From assembly GCA_045612065.1 (NCBI GenBank), contig JAZKYH010000022.1, forward strand, positions 7,615-71,614: DNA of 64,000 nt, written 5' to 3'. How positions within the stretch are numbered: the stretch's first letter is position 1; every line of letters begins with the position of its first letter. Shown piece after piece: positions 8,489 to 17,037 of this stretch. The DNA is from Bacteroidaceae bacterium. GTDB lineage: Bacteria; Bacteroidota; Bacteroidia; Bacteroidales; Bacteroidaceae. A program made the translations under genes and the position numbers. The notes below the pieces were generated by a model, which saw only the letters and a list, made by a program, of their open reading frames with translations, was not told where the DNA came from and did no database searches.

Positions 8489-10063
8489 GTGACCAGCGAA
8501 TTATTCATTGACGTACAGCCCAACGACATCACCATTGCCCTGACCGAAGACAAGGTGTTGGTAGAGTTCCAGAAAGAGGGACGCGAGGCGTCGTTTTCTG
8601 TGGGCAACATGTACTTGGGACGGGTGAAGAAGATCATGCCCGGCCTGAATGCATGCTTTGTTGATGTAGGTTCGGCCAAAGAAGCTTTTCTTCACTATCA
8701 GGACTTGGGTAACCACTACAACTGTTACCACAAGTATACGAAACAGGTAGTCAGCGACAAGAAGAAACTCGCCCCCTACTCCAAGTCGGTGGGCCAGCCC
8801 GAGTTGCCCAAGGAGGGCAGCATCGCCAACATCCTGCAACAGGGTCAGGAGATTATGGTTCAGGTGACCAAGGAGCCCATCTCGACCAAGGGTCCCCGTC
8901 TCACCGCCGAGCTCTCCTTTGCAGGCCGTTTCCTCGTACTCGTACCCTTCTCTGACAAGGTAAACGTATCCTCGAAGATCAAGTCGGCCGAAGAGCGTGC
9001 CCGACTCAAGCAGCTCATCCAGAGCATCAAGCCCAAGAACTTCGGCGTCATCGTGCGCACCGTAGCCGAGGGCAAGCGCGTTGCCGATCTCGATGCCGAG
9101 CTCAAAGCCCTTGTCAAGCAGTGGGATGATGTCATCCTCAAGGTACAGAAAGCCGACAAGCCCCCCGTGCTCATCCACGAAGAGAACAGCCGTGCCGTAG
9201 CCATGTTGCGCGACCTCTTCAACCCGTCGTACGAAGCCATCTACGTCAACGACGACAACGCATACAATGAGATACGCAACTACGTATTACTCATTGCCCC
9301 CGACAGAGCACACGTGGTGAAACACTACACCGGCACGTTGCCCATCATGGACAACTTTGGCGTGACGAAGCAGATCAAGTCATCGTTCGGTCGCATCGTG
9401 CCTTACCGCGGTGGCGCCTACATGGTCATTGAGCACACCGAAGCCCTACACGTGGTAGATGTGAACAGTGGTAACCGTTCGCGTGGGAACACCAATCAGG
9501 AGGAAAATGCTATAGATGTGAATCTCGGAGCCGCCGACGAACTCGCCCGCCAGCTCCGATTGCGTGATATGGGCGGCATCATCGTGGTGGACTTCATCGA
9601 TATGGACACTGCCGAGAATCGCCAGAAGCTCTATGAGCGCATGTGCCAAAACATGTCGCGCGATCGCGCCAAGCACAACATCCTGCCGCTGAGCAAGTTC
9701 GGTTTGATGCAAATTACCCGCCAGCGCGTGCGTCCTGCCATGGATGTAGCCGTTGAGGAGAGCTGCCCCGTATGCTTCGGCAAGGGCACCATCAAGGCAT
9801 CCATATTGTTTACCGACACGCTGGAGAACAAGATTGACTACCTCGTAAAGAAATTGAAGATTAGCCGGTTCAACCTGCATGTGCACCCCTATGTAGCAGC
9901 CTACATCAATCAGGGGTTCATCTCTATGAAAGCACGGTGGAAGATGAAGTATGGCTTCGGCATACGCATCACACCCAACCAGAGTATCCCACTCCTCGCC
10001 TACAAGTTCTACGACGCGAAGGGCGAAGAGATAGACATGAAAGAAGAGGTAGAGATGAAATGA
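8489..10063 (+). CDS. rng: Rne/Rng-family ribonuclease (RNase G-like)
   Basis: 524 aa with a GTG start. S1 domain (GNMYLGRVKKIMPGLNACFVDVG), catalytic core (VVDVNSG..., GGIIVVDFIDM), and ...LSKFGLMQITRQR. Confidence 0.92.
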   Translation: MTSELFIDVQPNDITIALTEDKVLVEFQKEGREASFSVGNMYLGRVKKIMPGLNACFVDVGSAKEAFLHYQDLGNHYNCYHKYTKQVVSDKKKLAPYSKSVGQPELPKEGSIANILQQGQEIMVQVTKEPISTKGPRLTAELSFAGRFLVLVPFSDKVNVSSKIKSAEERARLKQLIQSIKPKNFGVIVRTVAEGKRVADLDAELKALVKQWDDVILKVQKADKPPVLIHEENSRAVAMLRDLFNPSYEAIYVNDDNAYNEIRNYVLLIAPDRAHVVKHYTGTLPIMDNFGVTKQIKSSFGRIVPYRGGAYMVIEHTEALHVVDVNSGNRSRGNTNQEENAIDVNLGAADELARQLRLRDMGGIIVVDFIDMDTAENRQKLYERMCQNMSRDRAKHNILPLSKFGLMQITRQRVRPAMDVAVEESCPVCFGKGTIKASILFTDTLENKIDYLVKKLKISRFNLHVHPYVAAYINQGFISMKARWKMKYGFGIRITPNQSIPLLAYKFYDAKGEEIDMKEEVEMK

Positions 10064-10066
10064 AAG

Positions 10067-10107
10067 CAAAAAAGAAGAGGAGCACCGCGGTGCTCCTCTT
10101 CTTTTTA
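10067..10107. terminator. bidirectional intrinsic terminator between convergent rng and trpB2
   Basis: Perfect palindrome AAGAAGAGGAGCACCGCGGTGCTCCTCTTCTT, flanked by an A-run on the left and a T-run on the right. Confidence 0.85.
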
Positions 10108-10120
10108 ACGATAACGATAA

Positions 10121-11488
10121 CTAAAAGCCAATCTTCTCCTTCAGTTCACTGATGTTCTCGGCAATCACTTCATCGCTCAGGGTGTTGTTGATGAGGTTTC
10201 CGGCAAGGAACTGGTCATACGAAGCCATATCGATGAGTCCGTGTCCTGAGAGGCAGAAGAGGATAACCTTCTCCTCGCCCGTCTCGATGCATTTCTTCGC
10301 CTCGCGTATGGTAGCCGCGATGGCGTGGCACGACTCGGGAGCAGGAATGATGCCCTCGGCAGCGGCAAACAGCGTGCCCGCCTCGAACGACTCAATCTGC
10401 TCCACGTCAACAGCCTCCATCAAGCCATCCTTCAAGAGTTGCGACACCACCAAGCCCGCACCATGGTAGCGCAAGCCACCAGCATGGATGTTGGCCGGGC
10501 GAAAATTGTGGCCCAGCGTGAACATCGGTATCAGTGGTGTATAGCCCGACTCGTCGCCATAGTCGTAGTGGAACTCACCTCGTGTGAGCTTGGGGCACGA
10601 AGCCGGCTCGGCAGCTACAAAACGTGTCGTCTTGCCCTCCTTGATGTTGTGTCGCATGAATGGGAATGCCAATCCACCGAAGTTGGATCCACCGCCGAAG
10701 CAGGCCACCACCACATCGGGATATTCACCCGCCATCTGCATCTGTTTCTCAGCCTCAAGGCCTATCACCGTCTGATGCAATGTCACGTGCCCCATCACCG
10801 AGCCCAGCGTATATTTGCATCCCGGAGTCATCCTCGCCAGCTCCACCGCTTCAGAGATAGCCGTGCCGAGCGAACCTTGATGATTGGGATACTTGGTGAG
10901 AATATCCTTACCCGCACGAGTTGACATCGAGGGAGACGGAGTCACCTGAGCCCCGAAGGTCTGCATGATGCTACGACGATAAGGTTTCTGCTCATACGAC
11001 ACTTTCACCTGATACACTGCTGCCTCAAGGCCAAACACCTTGGATGCATACGACAATGCCGCGCCCCATTGCCCGGCACCCGTCTCGGTGGTAACATTCG
11101 TCACGCCCTCCTGCCTGCAGTAGTAGGCCTGCGCTAATGCAGAGTTGAGTTTATGAGAACCGATAGGACTTACACTCTCGTTCTTGAAATAGATGTGTGC
11201 CGGAGTACCCAGCGCCTTCTCCAAACCATAGGCACGCACGAGCGGCGTGCTGCGATAGTAGGTATACATCTCGCGTACCTGCTCGGGGATGTCGATCCAC
11301 GCATCGGTCATGTTAAGTTCTTGGCTAGATGCCTCACGCGAGAAGAGTTCGCACAAGTCATCCTCTGTCACCGGCTCTCCCGTCTTGGGATTGAGCATAG
11401 GCATCGGCTTGTTAGGCATATCGGCCTGTATGTTATACCACTGAGTAGGTATTTCACTTTCGGGAAGGAAGAATCTTTTTTGTTTCAT
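10121..11488 (-). CDS. trpB2: TrpB-like PLP-dependent enzyme (tryptophan synthase beta, TrpB2 type), stand-alone
   Basis: 455 aa. N-terminal ...LPESEIPTQWYNIQADMP... extension typical of TrpB2, PLP lysine region ...ESVSPIGSHKLNSA..., and GGGSNFGG. Confidence 0.9.
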   Translation of the reverse strand: MKQKRFFLPESEIPTQWYNIQADMPNKPMPMLNPKTGEPVTEDDLCELFSREASSQELNMTDAWIDIPEQVREMYTYYRSTPLVRAYGLEKALGTPAHIYFKNESVSPIGSHKLNSALAQAYYCRQEGVTNVTTETGAGQWGAALSYASKVFGLEAAVYQVKVSYEQKPYRRSIMQTFGAQVTPSPSMSTRAGKDILTKYPNHQGSLGTAISEAVELARMTPGCKYTLGSVMGHVTLHQTVIGLEAEKQMQMAGEYPDVVVACFGGGSNFGGLAFPFMRHNIKEGKTTRFVAAEPASCPKLTRGEFHYDYGDESGYTPLIPMFTLGHNFRPANIHAGGLRYHGAGLVVSQLLKDGLMEAVDVEQIESFEAGTLFAAAEGIIPAPESCHAIAATIREAKKCIETGEEKVILFCLSGHGLIDMASYDQFLAGNLINNTLSDEVIAENISELKEKIGF

Positions 11489-11530
11489 TGTAGTGGATAC
11501 TTAAAATCTTTTCACACCTGTTGTTCGATA

Positions 11531-11578
11531 TAAAAAAGGAAATCCGATGTTCTGTATACCATGAGCATCGGATTCCTC
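11531..11578 (-). terminator. intrinsic terminator inside the trpB2 leader (attenuator terminator)
   Basis: Minus strand reads GGAATCCGATG-(16 nt loop)-CATCGGATTTCC followed by TTTTTT. It ends about 43 nt upstream of the trpB2 ATG. Confidence 0.75.
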
Positions 11579-11633
11579 TATCATCATTCTGTCTTTTTGC
11601 TTTTTTCTATTTCGTATGACGTTGCAATCGTGC

Positions 11634-11687
11634 TCAATGAGTTTCACCAAGCCACCACCAATACTTACTAAGGTTCACAACCATCAT
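11634..11687 (-). CDS. trp leader peptide MMVVNLSKYWWWLGETH (17 aa)
   Basis: Minus strand reads ATG ATG GTT GTG AAC CTT AGT AAG TAT TGG TGG TGG CTT GGT GAA ACT CAT TGA. Three consecutive Trp codons lie between a consensus promoter and a terminator, directly upstream of a Trp biosynthesis gene. Confidence 0.7.
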   Translation of the reverse strand: MMVVNLSKYWWWLGETH

Positions 11688-11728
11688 CACAGGTAACACT
11701 TTTATCTATTTGAACGCTATTACGCGAG

Positions 11729-11759
11729 CAAAGTTACATCATTTCCGCATATCGCCAAA
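11729..11759 (-). promoter_or_regulatory. promoter of the trpB2 leader: TTTG - 19 nt - TAACTTTG
   Basis: Minus strand has -33 TTTG (11759-11756) and -7 TAACTTTG (11736-11729). The spacing fits the Bacteroidetes sigma-A consensus. Confidence 0.55.
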
Positions 11760-11835
11760 CATTTTGCCACAAAAGTTCGCAATAAAAATACAAATCCATA
11801 TTGATTCATCCACCAAACACCGCCAAAAGAGATAT

Positions 11836-13740
11836 TCATCCTGGGATTTCACTTAGCTCCAGCCAGCGCATGGTTTTCTCGTCGAGCTCTTCGTTGAGAG
11901 ACGAAAGGCGGATAGACTTGACCGTGAGCTCATCGGCAGCGAGAGCACCTGTACAGAGCGCCTCCTCGATGGCGGCTTTCTCAGCCTCAAGCTCGGCAAT
12001 GGCTTGCTCTACGGCGGCAAACTCTTGCCGCTCCTTGAATGTCTTCTTCCGGCTCTTGCCCTCAACAGATGATGAGCTGCGGTCAACGGCCTTCGGCGAA
12101 GTGTTGACATTTTTCTGCTGAGACTGCTGCTTGCTGACTGTTGCCTGCTGGCGGTCAGCCTCCTCCTTCCACTCACGATACTGGGTATAGTTGCCGGGGA
12201 AGTCGCGAATGTCGCCCTGACCATTGAAGACGAGCAGGTGGTCGACAATCTTGTCCATAAAGTAGCGGTCGTGACTCACCACGATGACGCATCCCGCAAA
12301 GTCGCGCAAATACTCCTCGAGCACCTGTAGGGTGAGGATATCGAGGTCGTTGGTGGGCTCGTCGAGAATGAGGAAGTTGGGATTGCGCATAAGCACGGTG
12401 CAGAGGTAGAGGCGACGGCGCTCACCCCCACTGAGCTTATAGACATAGCTGTGTTGCTTCTCGGGCGGGAAAAGGAAATGTTGCAAGAACTGCGAGGCGG
12501 TGAGCTGCTTGCCTCCAGCCATGGGGATGACCTCGGCAATGTCGCGAGCCACGTCGATGACCTTCATCTGCGTATCGAACTGCAGACCCTCTTGCGAGTA
12601 GTAGCCGAAGTGCACCGTCTCGCCAATGTCGAGGCGGCCACTGTCGGGGGCCAGCTGTCCGAGCAGCACCTTGAGGAACGAGCTCTTACCGGTACCATTA
12701 TCGCCCACGATGCCGAGCTTCTCGTAACGCGAGAAGATGTAGGAGAACTTATCCAGGATGCAGCGGTCGCCGAAGCGGAGCGAGAGCTCGTCGGCCTCGA
12801 AGATTTTGCTGCCTATATAGGATGACTTCACATTGAGCTGCACGCGGTCGTTGGCCACGCGCTGCTTGGCCACTTTCTCGAGCTCATAGAAGGCCTCCTC
12901 GCGGTAGCGCGCCTTGTGGCCACGAGCCTGGGGCATGCGACGCATCCACTCGAGCTCGGTGCGGTAGAGGTTATTGGCACGAACAATCTCGGTGTTGCGT
13001 GCCTCGATGCGCTCTTCGCGCTTCTCGAGATAGTAGCTGTAGTTTCCCTTGTAAGAGTATACGGTGTGGTCATCGATTTCGATGATTTCGTTGCACACGT
13101 TGTCGAGGAAGTAGCGGTCGTGAGTGACCATGAGCAGCGTGGCGGTGCTACGTGTGAGGTAGTCCTCGAGCCACTCGATGAGGGGTAGGTCGAGGTGGTT
13201 GGTGGGCTCATCGAGGATGAGCATGTCGGGGTTGCCGATGAGCACGTTGGCCAGGGCCACACGCTTGAGCTGGCCACCCGAGAGGGTCTCGACCTTCTGG
13301 TTATAGTCGGTGATATGGAGCGAGGAGAGTATCTGCTTGGCACGCTGCTCGTAGTTCCAGGCATCGGCATGTTCCATACGGTCGAGCAGGGCATCGAGCC
13401 CGGGCGTGCCGGGGGTCTCGAGGCATTGCTCATACTCGCGAATGAGTTGCAGGGTGTCGTTGGTGTCGTGAAAACAGGCTTCGAGCACGGTGAGCCCCTC
13501 AGGATACAGGGGCTGCTGGCGCAGGTAGCCCACGCGTAGGTCGTTCTTGTAAACGATGCTGCCCTCGTCGTGCCCCTCGATGCCTGCCAGCACATCGAGC
13601 AGGGTGCTCTTGCCTGCTCCATTGCGAGCTATGAGGCCTACACGCTGCCCTTGAGCCACACCAAACGAGATACCCGAGAAGAGCACCAAATCGCCAAACG
13701 ACTTGGTGAGTCCATCGACCTGCAGGTAGGGAATCAGCAT
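11836..13740 (-). CDS. ABC-F family ATPase (two ABC domains, no TM domain; C-terminal coiled coil)
   Basis: 634 aa. Two Walker A motifs (GLIARNGAGKST, GIVGDNGTGKSS), two LSGG signatures, and a charged C-terminal tail. Confidence 0.92.
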   Translation of the reverse strand: MLIPYLQVDGLTKSFGDLVLFSGISFGVAQGQRVGLIARNGAGKSTLLDVLAGIEGHDEGSIVYKNDLRVGYLRQQPLYPEGLTVLEACFHDTNDTLQLIREYEQCLETPGTPGLDALLDRMEHADAWNYEQRAKQILSSLHITDYNQKVETLSGGQLKRVALANVLIGNPDMLILDEPTNHLDLPLIEWLEDYLTRSTATLLMVTHDRYFLDNVCNEIIEIDDHTVYSYKGNYSYYLEKREERIEARNTEIVRANNLYRTELEWMRRMPQARGHKARYREEAFYELEKVAKQRVANDRVQLNVKSSYIGSKIFEADELSLRFGDRCILDKFSYIFSRYEKLGIVGDNGTGKSSFLKVLLGQLAPDSGRLDIGETVHFGYYSQEGLQFDTQMKVIDVARDIAEVIPMAGGKQLTASQFLQHFLFPPEKQHSYVYKLSGGERRRLYLCTVLMRNPNFLILDEPTNDLDILTLQVLEEYLRDFAGCVIVVSHDRYFMDKIVDHLLVFNGQGDIRDFPGNYTQYREWKEEADRQQATVSKQQSQQKNVNTSPKAVDRSSSSVEGKSRKKTFKERQEFAAVEQAIAELEAEKAAIEEALCTGALAADELTVKSIRLSSLNEELDEKTMRWLELSEIPG

Positions 13741-14597
13741 GGAGCCTCCCCCCTGCCCCTCTCAAGGGGTGATTCAGATGCCGCAGCCTCTTCAATGCGC
13801 TCCCTGACCTCATCGATGATATCGCTCATCTCCACCTCGGTGAGCAGCTCCCCATGTTTGCCAAAGAGGAGCATGGGACGCGCCACACAGGTGTTGCCAT
13901 ACATGAGCACGGGAGCTTCGACCTTGCCATTGACGAAGGTGTTCCACTCCAAGCCCTCGATGCTCTCGGTGAGCAGCGCACACAAGGTCACGCCCATCAC
14001 GGCACCGGCATCGGAGCCGAGCTGCTTGGTCAACTCAGGGCGCAGGGCTATCTTCTGCAACAGGCGCACATTGTAGTCGATATCGCGGAAACGCTCCTTG
14101 AAGAGCTTCATGCCGAGGTCCTCGATGGTGGCATAGCACGACTCGATGAGGTCGACCTCGGATACGCGTACGGGGATATACTGATTGTGAAACGTGTCGC
14201 GAGGCTGCAAGATTTCGAGCGAAGCGATAAGGGCATTCACCAAGCCCAAATGCTCGTTCACGGAAGCCGTAAATGAGCACTCCACACAAGTCTGACCACA
14301 ACCGATGGTCCAGCGGTGAGTGGTATACTCCACCAGCTGCTCGGTGAACGACTCGGCACTATATATCGTCTCCCAACGGCCCACCTTGGCGAGCTTGGCA
14401 CCCGAAGCCTTCAGAGCCTGACGCATCATGGAGTCGCCAAACGAAGAAGAGGCATCGCGATAGGCCGAAATACGGAAATTGCCATCCCACTTCTCGGGAT
14501 TATAAAACAAGAAGCAGTCGGTCTCTTCACTGAACTCGAACCACTCTTCGGGGTAGGCAAATGCAAACCATGAGCCGGGAGATATAAACTTTTTCAT
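13734..14597 (-). CDS. hypothetical cytoplasmic protein (DUF3805/DUF3806-like, from memory)
   Basis: 287 aa. Its stop overlaps the ABC-F start by 7 nt. The N-terminal ...FAYPEEWFEF...NPEKWDGNFRISAY... resembles Bacteroides DUF3805 proteins as I recall them. Confidence 0.6.
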   Translation of the reverse strand: MKKFISPGSWFAFAYPEEWFEFSEETDCFLFYNPEKWDGNFRISAYRDASSSFGDSMMRQALKASGAKLAKVGRWETIYSAESFTEQLVEYTTHRWTIGCGQTCVECSFTASVNEHLGLVNALIASLEILQPRDTFHNQYIPVRVSEVDLIESCYATIEDLGMKLFKERFRDIDYNVRLLQKIALRPELTKQLGSDAGAVMGVTLCALLTESIEGLEWNTFVNGKVEAPVLMYGNTCVARPMLLFGKHGELLTEVEMSDIIDEVRERIEEAAASESPLERGRGEAPC

Positions 14598-14679
14598 CGG
14601 TCAAATGTTATTGGTAACAAAATATGGCACAAAATTAAAAAAAAATTGGTCAATGTATGGCCAATCTAAATAAAATATC

Positions 14680-14687
14680 TACTTTTG
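14680..14687 (+). promoter_or_regulatory. -7 box TACTTTTG upstream of rho
   Basis: Exact TAnnTTTG match about 125 nt upstream of the likely rho ATG at 14812. Confidence 0.4.
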
Positions 14688-14811
14688 CAGTGTCGAATAG
14701 AGTTCCACACTACATTTTTTCAACAAATCACCGAACTGACGCAGTCTCCTTCCGAGGAGTATGTGCGTAGAGTGTGGAGTGACAGGTACAACATCACATA
14801 CTACATATTAT

Positions 14812-16881
14812 ATGTACAACATCATCCAACTAACCAACAAAGATTTGGGCGAACTGCAAGAAATCGCCAACGAAATGGGCATCAAGGGCATCAAGTCACT
14901 TGAGCGCCAAGACCTCATCTATCGCATCCTCGATGAGCAGGCCATTGCCGGAGCACAGAAGAAGGTTGCCGCCGAGGAGGATAGAAACGAACGTCGCCAG
15001 CGCACCCGCATCAACAAGAAAGAGGTGGCCAACAAGGTATACTCGGCCGATAAGGACAAGGCCGAAAAGGTGGACGACACGCCCAAGATTGTGGCAACAC
15101 CCATCGCACAACAGGAGACTGACAAAACTGCCTCTGAGCAAGAGCAAAAACCACTTGCTAATGGCGGTCAACAGACAACAGACGATGCCCCCCACCAGCA
15201 ACAAGCCGCTACCAAGAAACGCGGTCGCAAGCCTAAAAATAATAGTCAACAGACAACAGACGACAGACAACAGACGACAGACAATAATAATCAGCAGGCT
15301 ACGGACAATAAGGTTACGGACGGTGGTCAACAGACAACAGACGATGTTCCCCAGCAACAGGGCGGTGCCAAGAAGCGCGGACGCAAGCCCAAGAATAATG
15401 GACAACAGACAGCGGACAGCAGCCAACAGACTGCAGAGACAACCGCATCGCCTGAGGTACCCGGCGAGTCGCTCGTTGAAGAGCCCAGCAGCGATTTCGT
15501 AGCCATCGAGGACCTGCCCAGCGACTCAAACGAATTACCTACCGAGCTCATCGGTAAGTTTGAGCAGACCAAGCTCGACAAGCAACAGGGCGAACAGCCA
15601 CAGCAAGAGAAGAAGCACAAGAACAAGCATAAGAACAACAACGCCGAGCAGAACAATGATGCTGAACAAAATGCCAACACGGCCAATGAGCAGCAACAGG
15701 AACAGCAGAAGCAGGAACAACAGAAGCCTGAGCGCCGCCAACCCGAGCAAGAGCGCTACAACTTTGACAACCTCATTGAGGTAAATGGCGTGCTCGAGAT
15801 TATGCCCGACAATTACGGCTTCTTGCGTTCGGCAGACTATAACTATCTCGCTTCACCCGACGACATCTACGTATCGCAGAACCAAATCCGCTTCCACGGC
15901 CTCAAGACCGGTGACGTGGTGGAGGGTACCATACGCCCCGCTCGCGAAGGTGAGAAGTACTTCCCCTTGATGAAGATTACCCGTATCAACGGACTGGACC
16001 CCAACGTGGTGCGCGACCGTGTTCCCTTCGAGCACCTCACCCCACTTTTCCCCGATGAGAAGTTCACCCTCTGCAAGGGCTACAACGATAACCTCTCGGC
16101 TCGCGTAGTAGACCTCTTCTCGCCCATCGGTAAGGGTCAGCGCGGCCTCATCGTGGCACAGCCCAAGACGGGTAAGACCATACTCCTCAAGGACATTGCC
16201 AATGCCATTGCAGCCAACCACCCCGAGGTATACATGATAATGCTCCTCATTGACGAGCGCCCCGAGGAGGTTACCGACATGGCACGCAGCGTAAACGCTG
16301 AGGTGATAGCCTCAACCTTCGACGAGCCCGCCGAGCGCCACGTGAAGATTGCCGGTATCGTGCTCGAGAAGGCTAAGCGCATGGTAGAGTGCGGACACGA
16401 CGTGGTCATCTTCCTCGACTCAATCACTCGCCTGGCACGTGCCTACAACACCGTATCACCTGCATCGGGTAAAATCCTCTCAGGTGGTGTGGATGCCAAT
16501 GCCTTGCACAAGCCCAAGCGCTTCTTCGGTGCTGCACGTAACATCGAGAACGGAGGTTCGCTCACCATCATCGCTACCGCCCTCACCGAGACCGGTTCAA
16601 AGATGGACGAGGTGATTTTCGAGGAGTTCAAGGGTACGGGCAACATGGAACTTCAGCTCGACCGCAACCTCTCGAATAAGCGTATCTTCCCTGCCGTGAA
16701 CATCGTGGCATCAAGCACTCGTCGCGATGACCTTCTGCACGACAAGCAGACCCTTGACCGTATGTGGATCTTGCGCAAGTTCCTCTCAGACATGAACCCC
16801 ATCGAGGCTATGGACTTCGCCAAAGGTCGTCTCGAGGGCACCAAGAACAACGAGGAATTCCTCTTGAGCATGAACTCATGA
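14812..16881 (+). CDS. rho: transcription termination factor Rho with a ~290 aa low-complexity insertion
   Basis: The ORF opens at 14761, with the likely start at [24 protein letters not shown] (Rho N-terminal helix bundle). CSD-like RNA-binding domain ([14 protein letters not shown]), Walker A (AQPKTGKT), and C-terminal ...[19 protein letters not shown]. Confidence 0.95.
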   Translation: MYNIIQLTNKDLGELQEIANEMGIKGIKSLERQDLIYRILDEQAIAGAQKKVAAEEDRNERRQRTRINKKEVANKVYSADKDKAEKVDDTPKIVATPIAQQETDKTASEQEQKPLANGGQQTTDDAPHQQQAATKKRGRKPKNNSQQTTDDRQQTTDNNNQQATDNKVTDGGQQTTDDVPQQQGGAKKRGRKPKNNGQQTADSSQQTAETTASPEVPGESLVEEPSSDFVAIEDLPSDSNELPTELIGKFEQTKLDKQQGEQPQQEKKHKNKHKNNNAEQNNDAEQNANTANEQQQEQQKQEQQKPERRQPEQERYNFDNLIEVNGVLEIMPDNYGFLRSADYNYLASPDDIYVSQNQIRFHGLKTGDVVEGTIRPAREGEKYFPLMKITRINGLDPNVVRDRVPFEHLTPLFPDEKFTLCKGYNDNLSARVVDLFSPIGKGQRGLIVAQPKTGKTILLKDIANAIAANHPEVYMIMLLIDERPEEVTDMARSVNAEVIASTFDEPAERHVKIAGIVLEKAKRMVECGHDVVIFLDSITRLARAYNTVSPASGKILSGGVDANALHKPKRFFGAARNIENGGSLTIIATALTETGSKMDEVIFEEFKGTGNMELQLDRNLSNKRIFPAVNIVASSTRRDDLLHDKQTLDRMWILRKFLSDMNPIEAMDFAKGRLEGTKNNEEFLLSMNS
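15163..15435 (+). repeat. 159 bp (53 aa) tandem duplication inside the Rho insertion
   Basis: Copy 1 (15163-15321) encodes [34 protein letters not shown].... Copy 2 (from 15322) encodes [33 protein letters not shown].... Confidence 0.85.
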
Positions 16882-16908
16882 AAAAGTATTGAAACTACAA
16901 ATGAAAAG

Positions 16909-16943
16909 CCCTCTCAAGCCCCCGAACTTGAGAGGGTATTTTC
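16909..16943 (+). terminator. intrinsic terminator after rho
   Basis: CCCTCTCAAG cccccgaa CTTGAGAGGG followed by TATTTT. Confidence 0.8.
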
Positions 16944-17037
16944 ATTTAATAGTTGAATCGTTCATTTTTAACATACAAAGGCTTCAATCTTTAAGAAACA
17001 TTCTTTACCTTTGTAAAGGTACAAGAACACACTTAAA

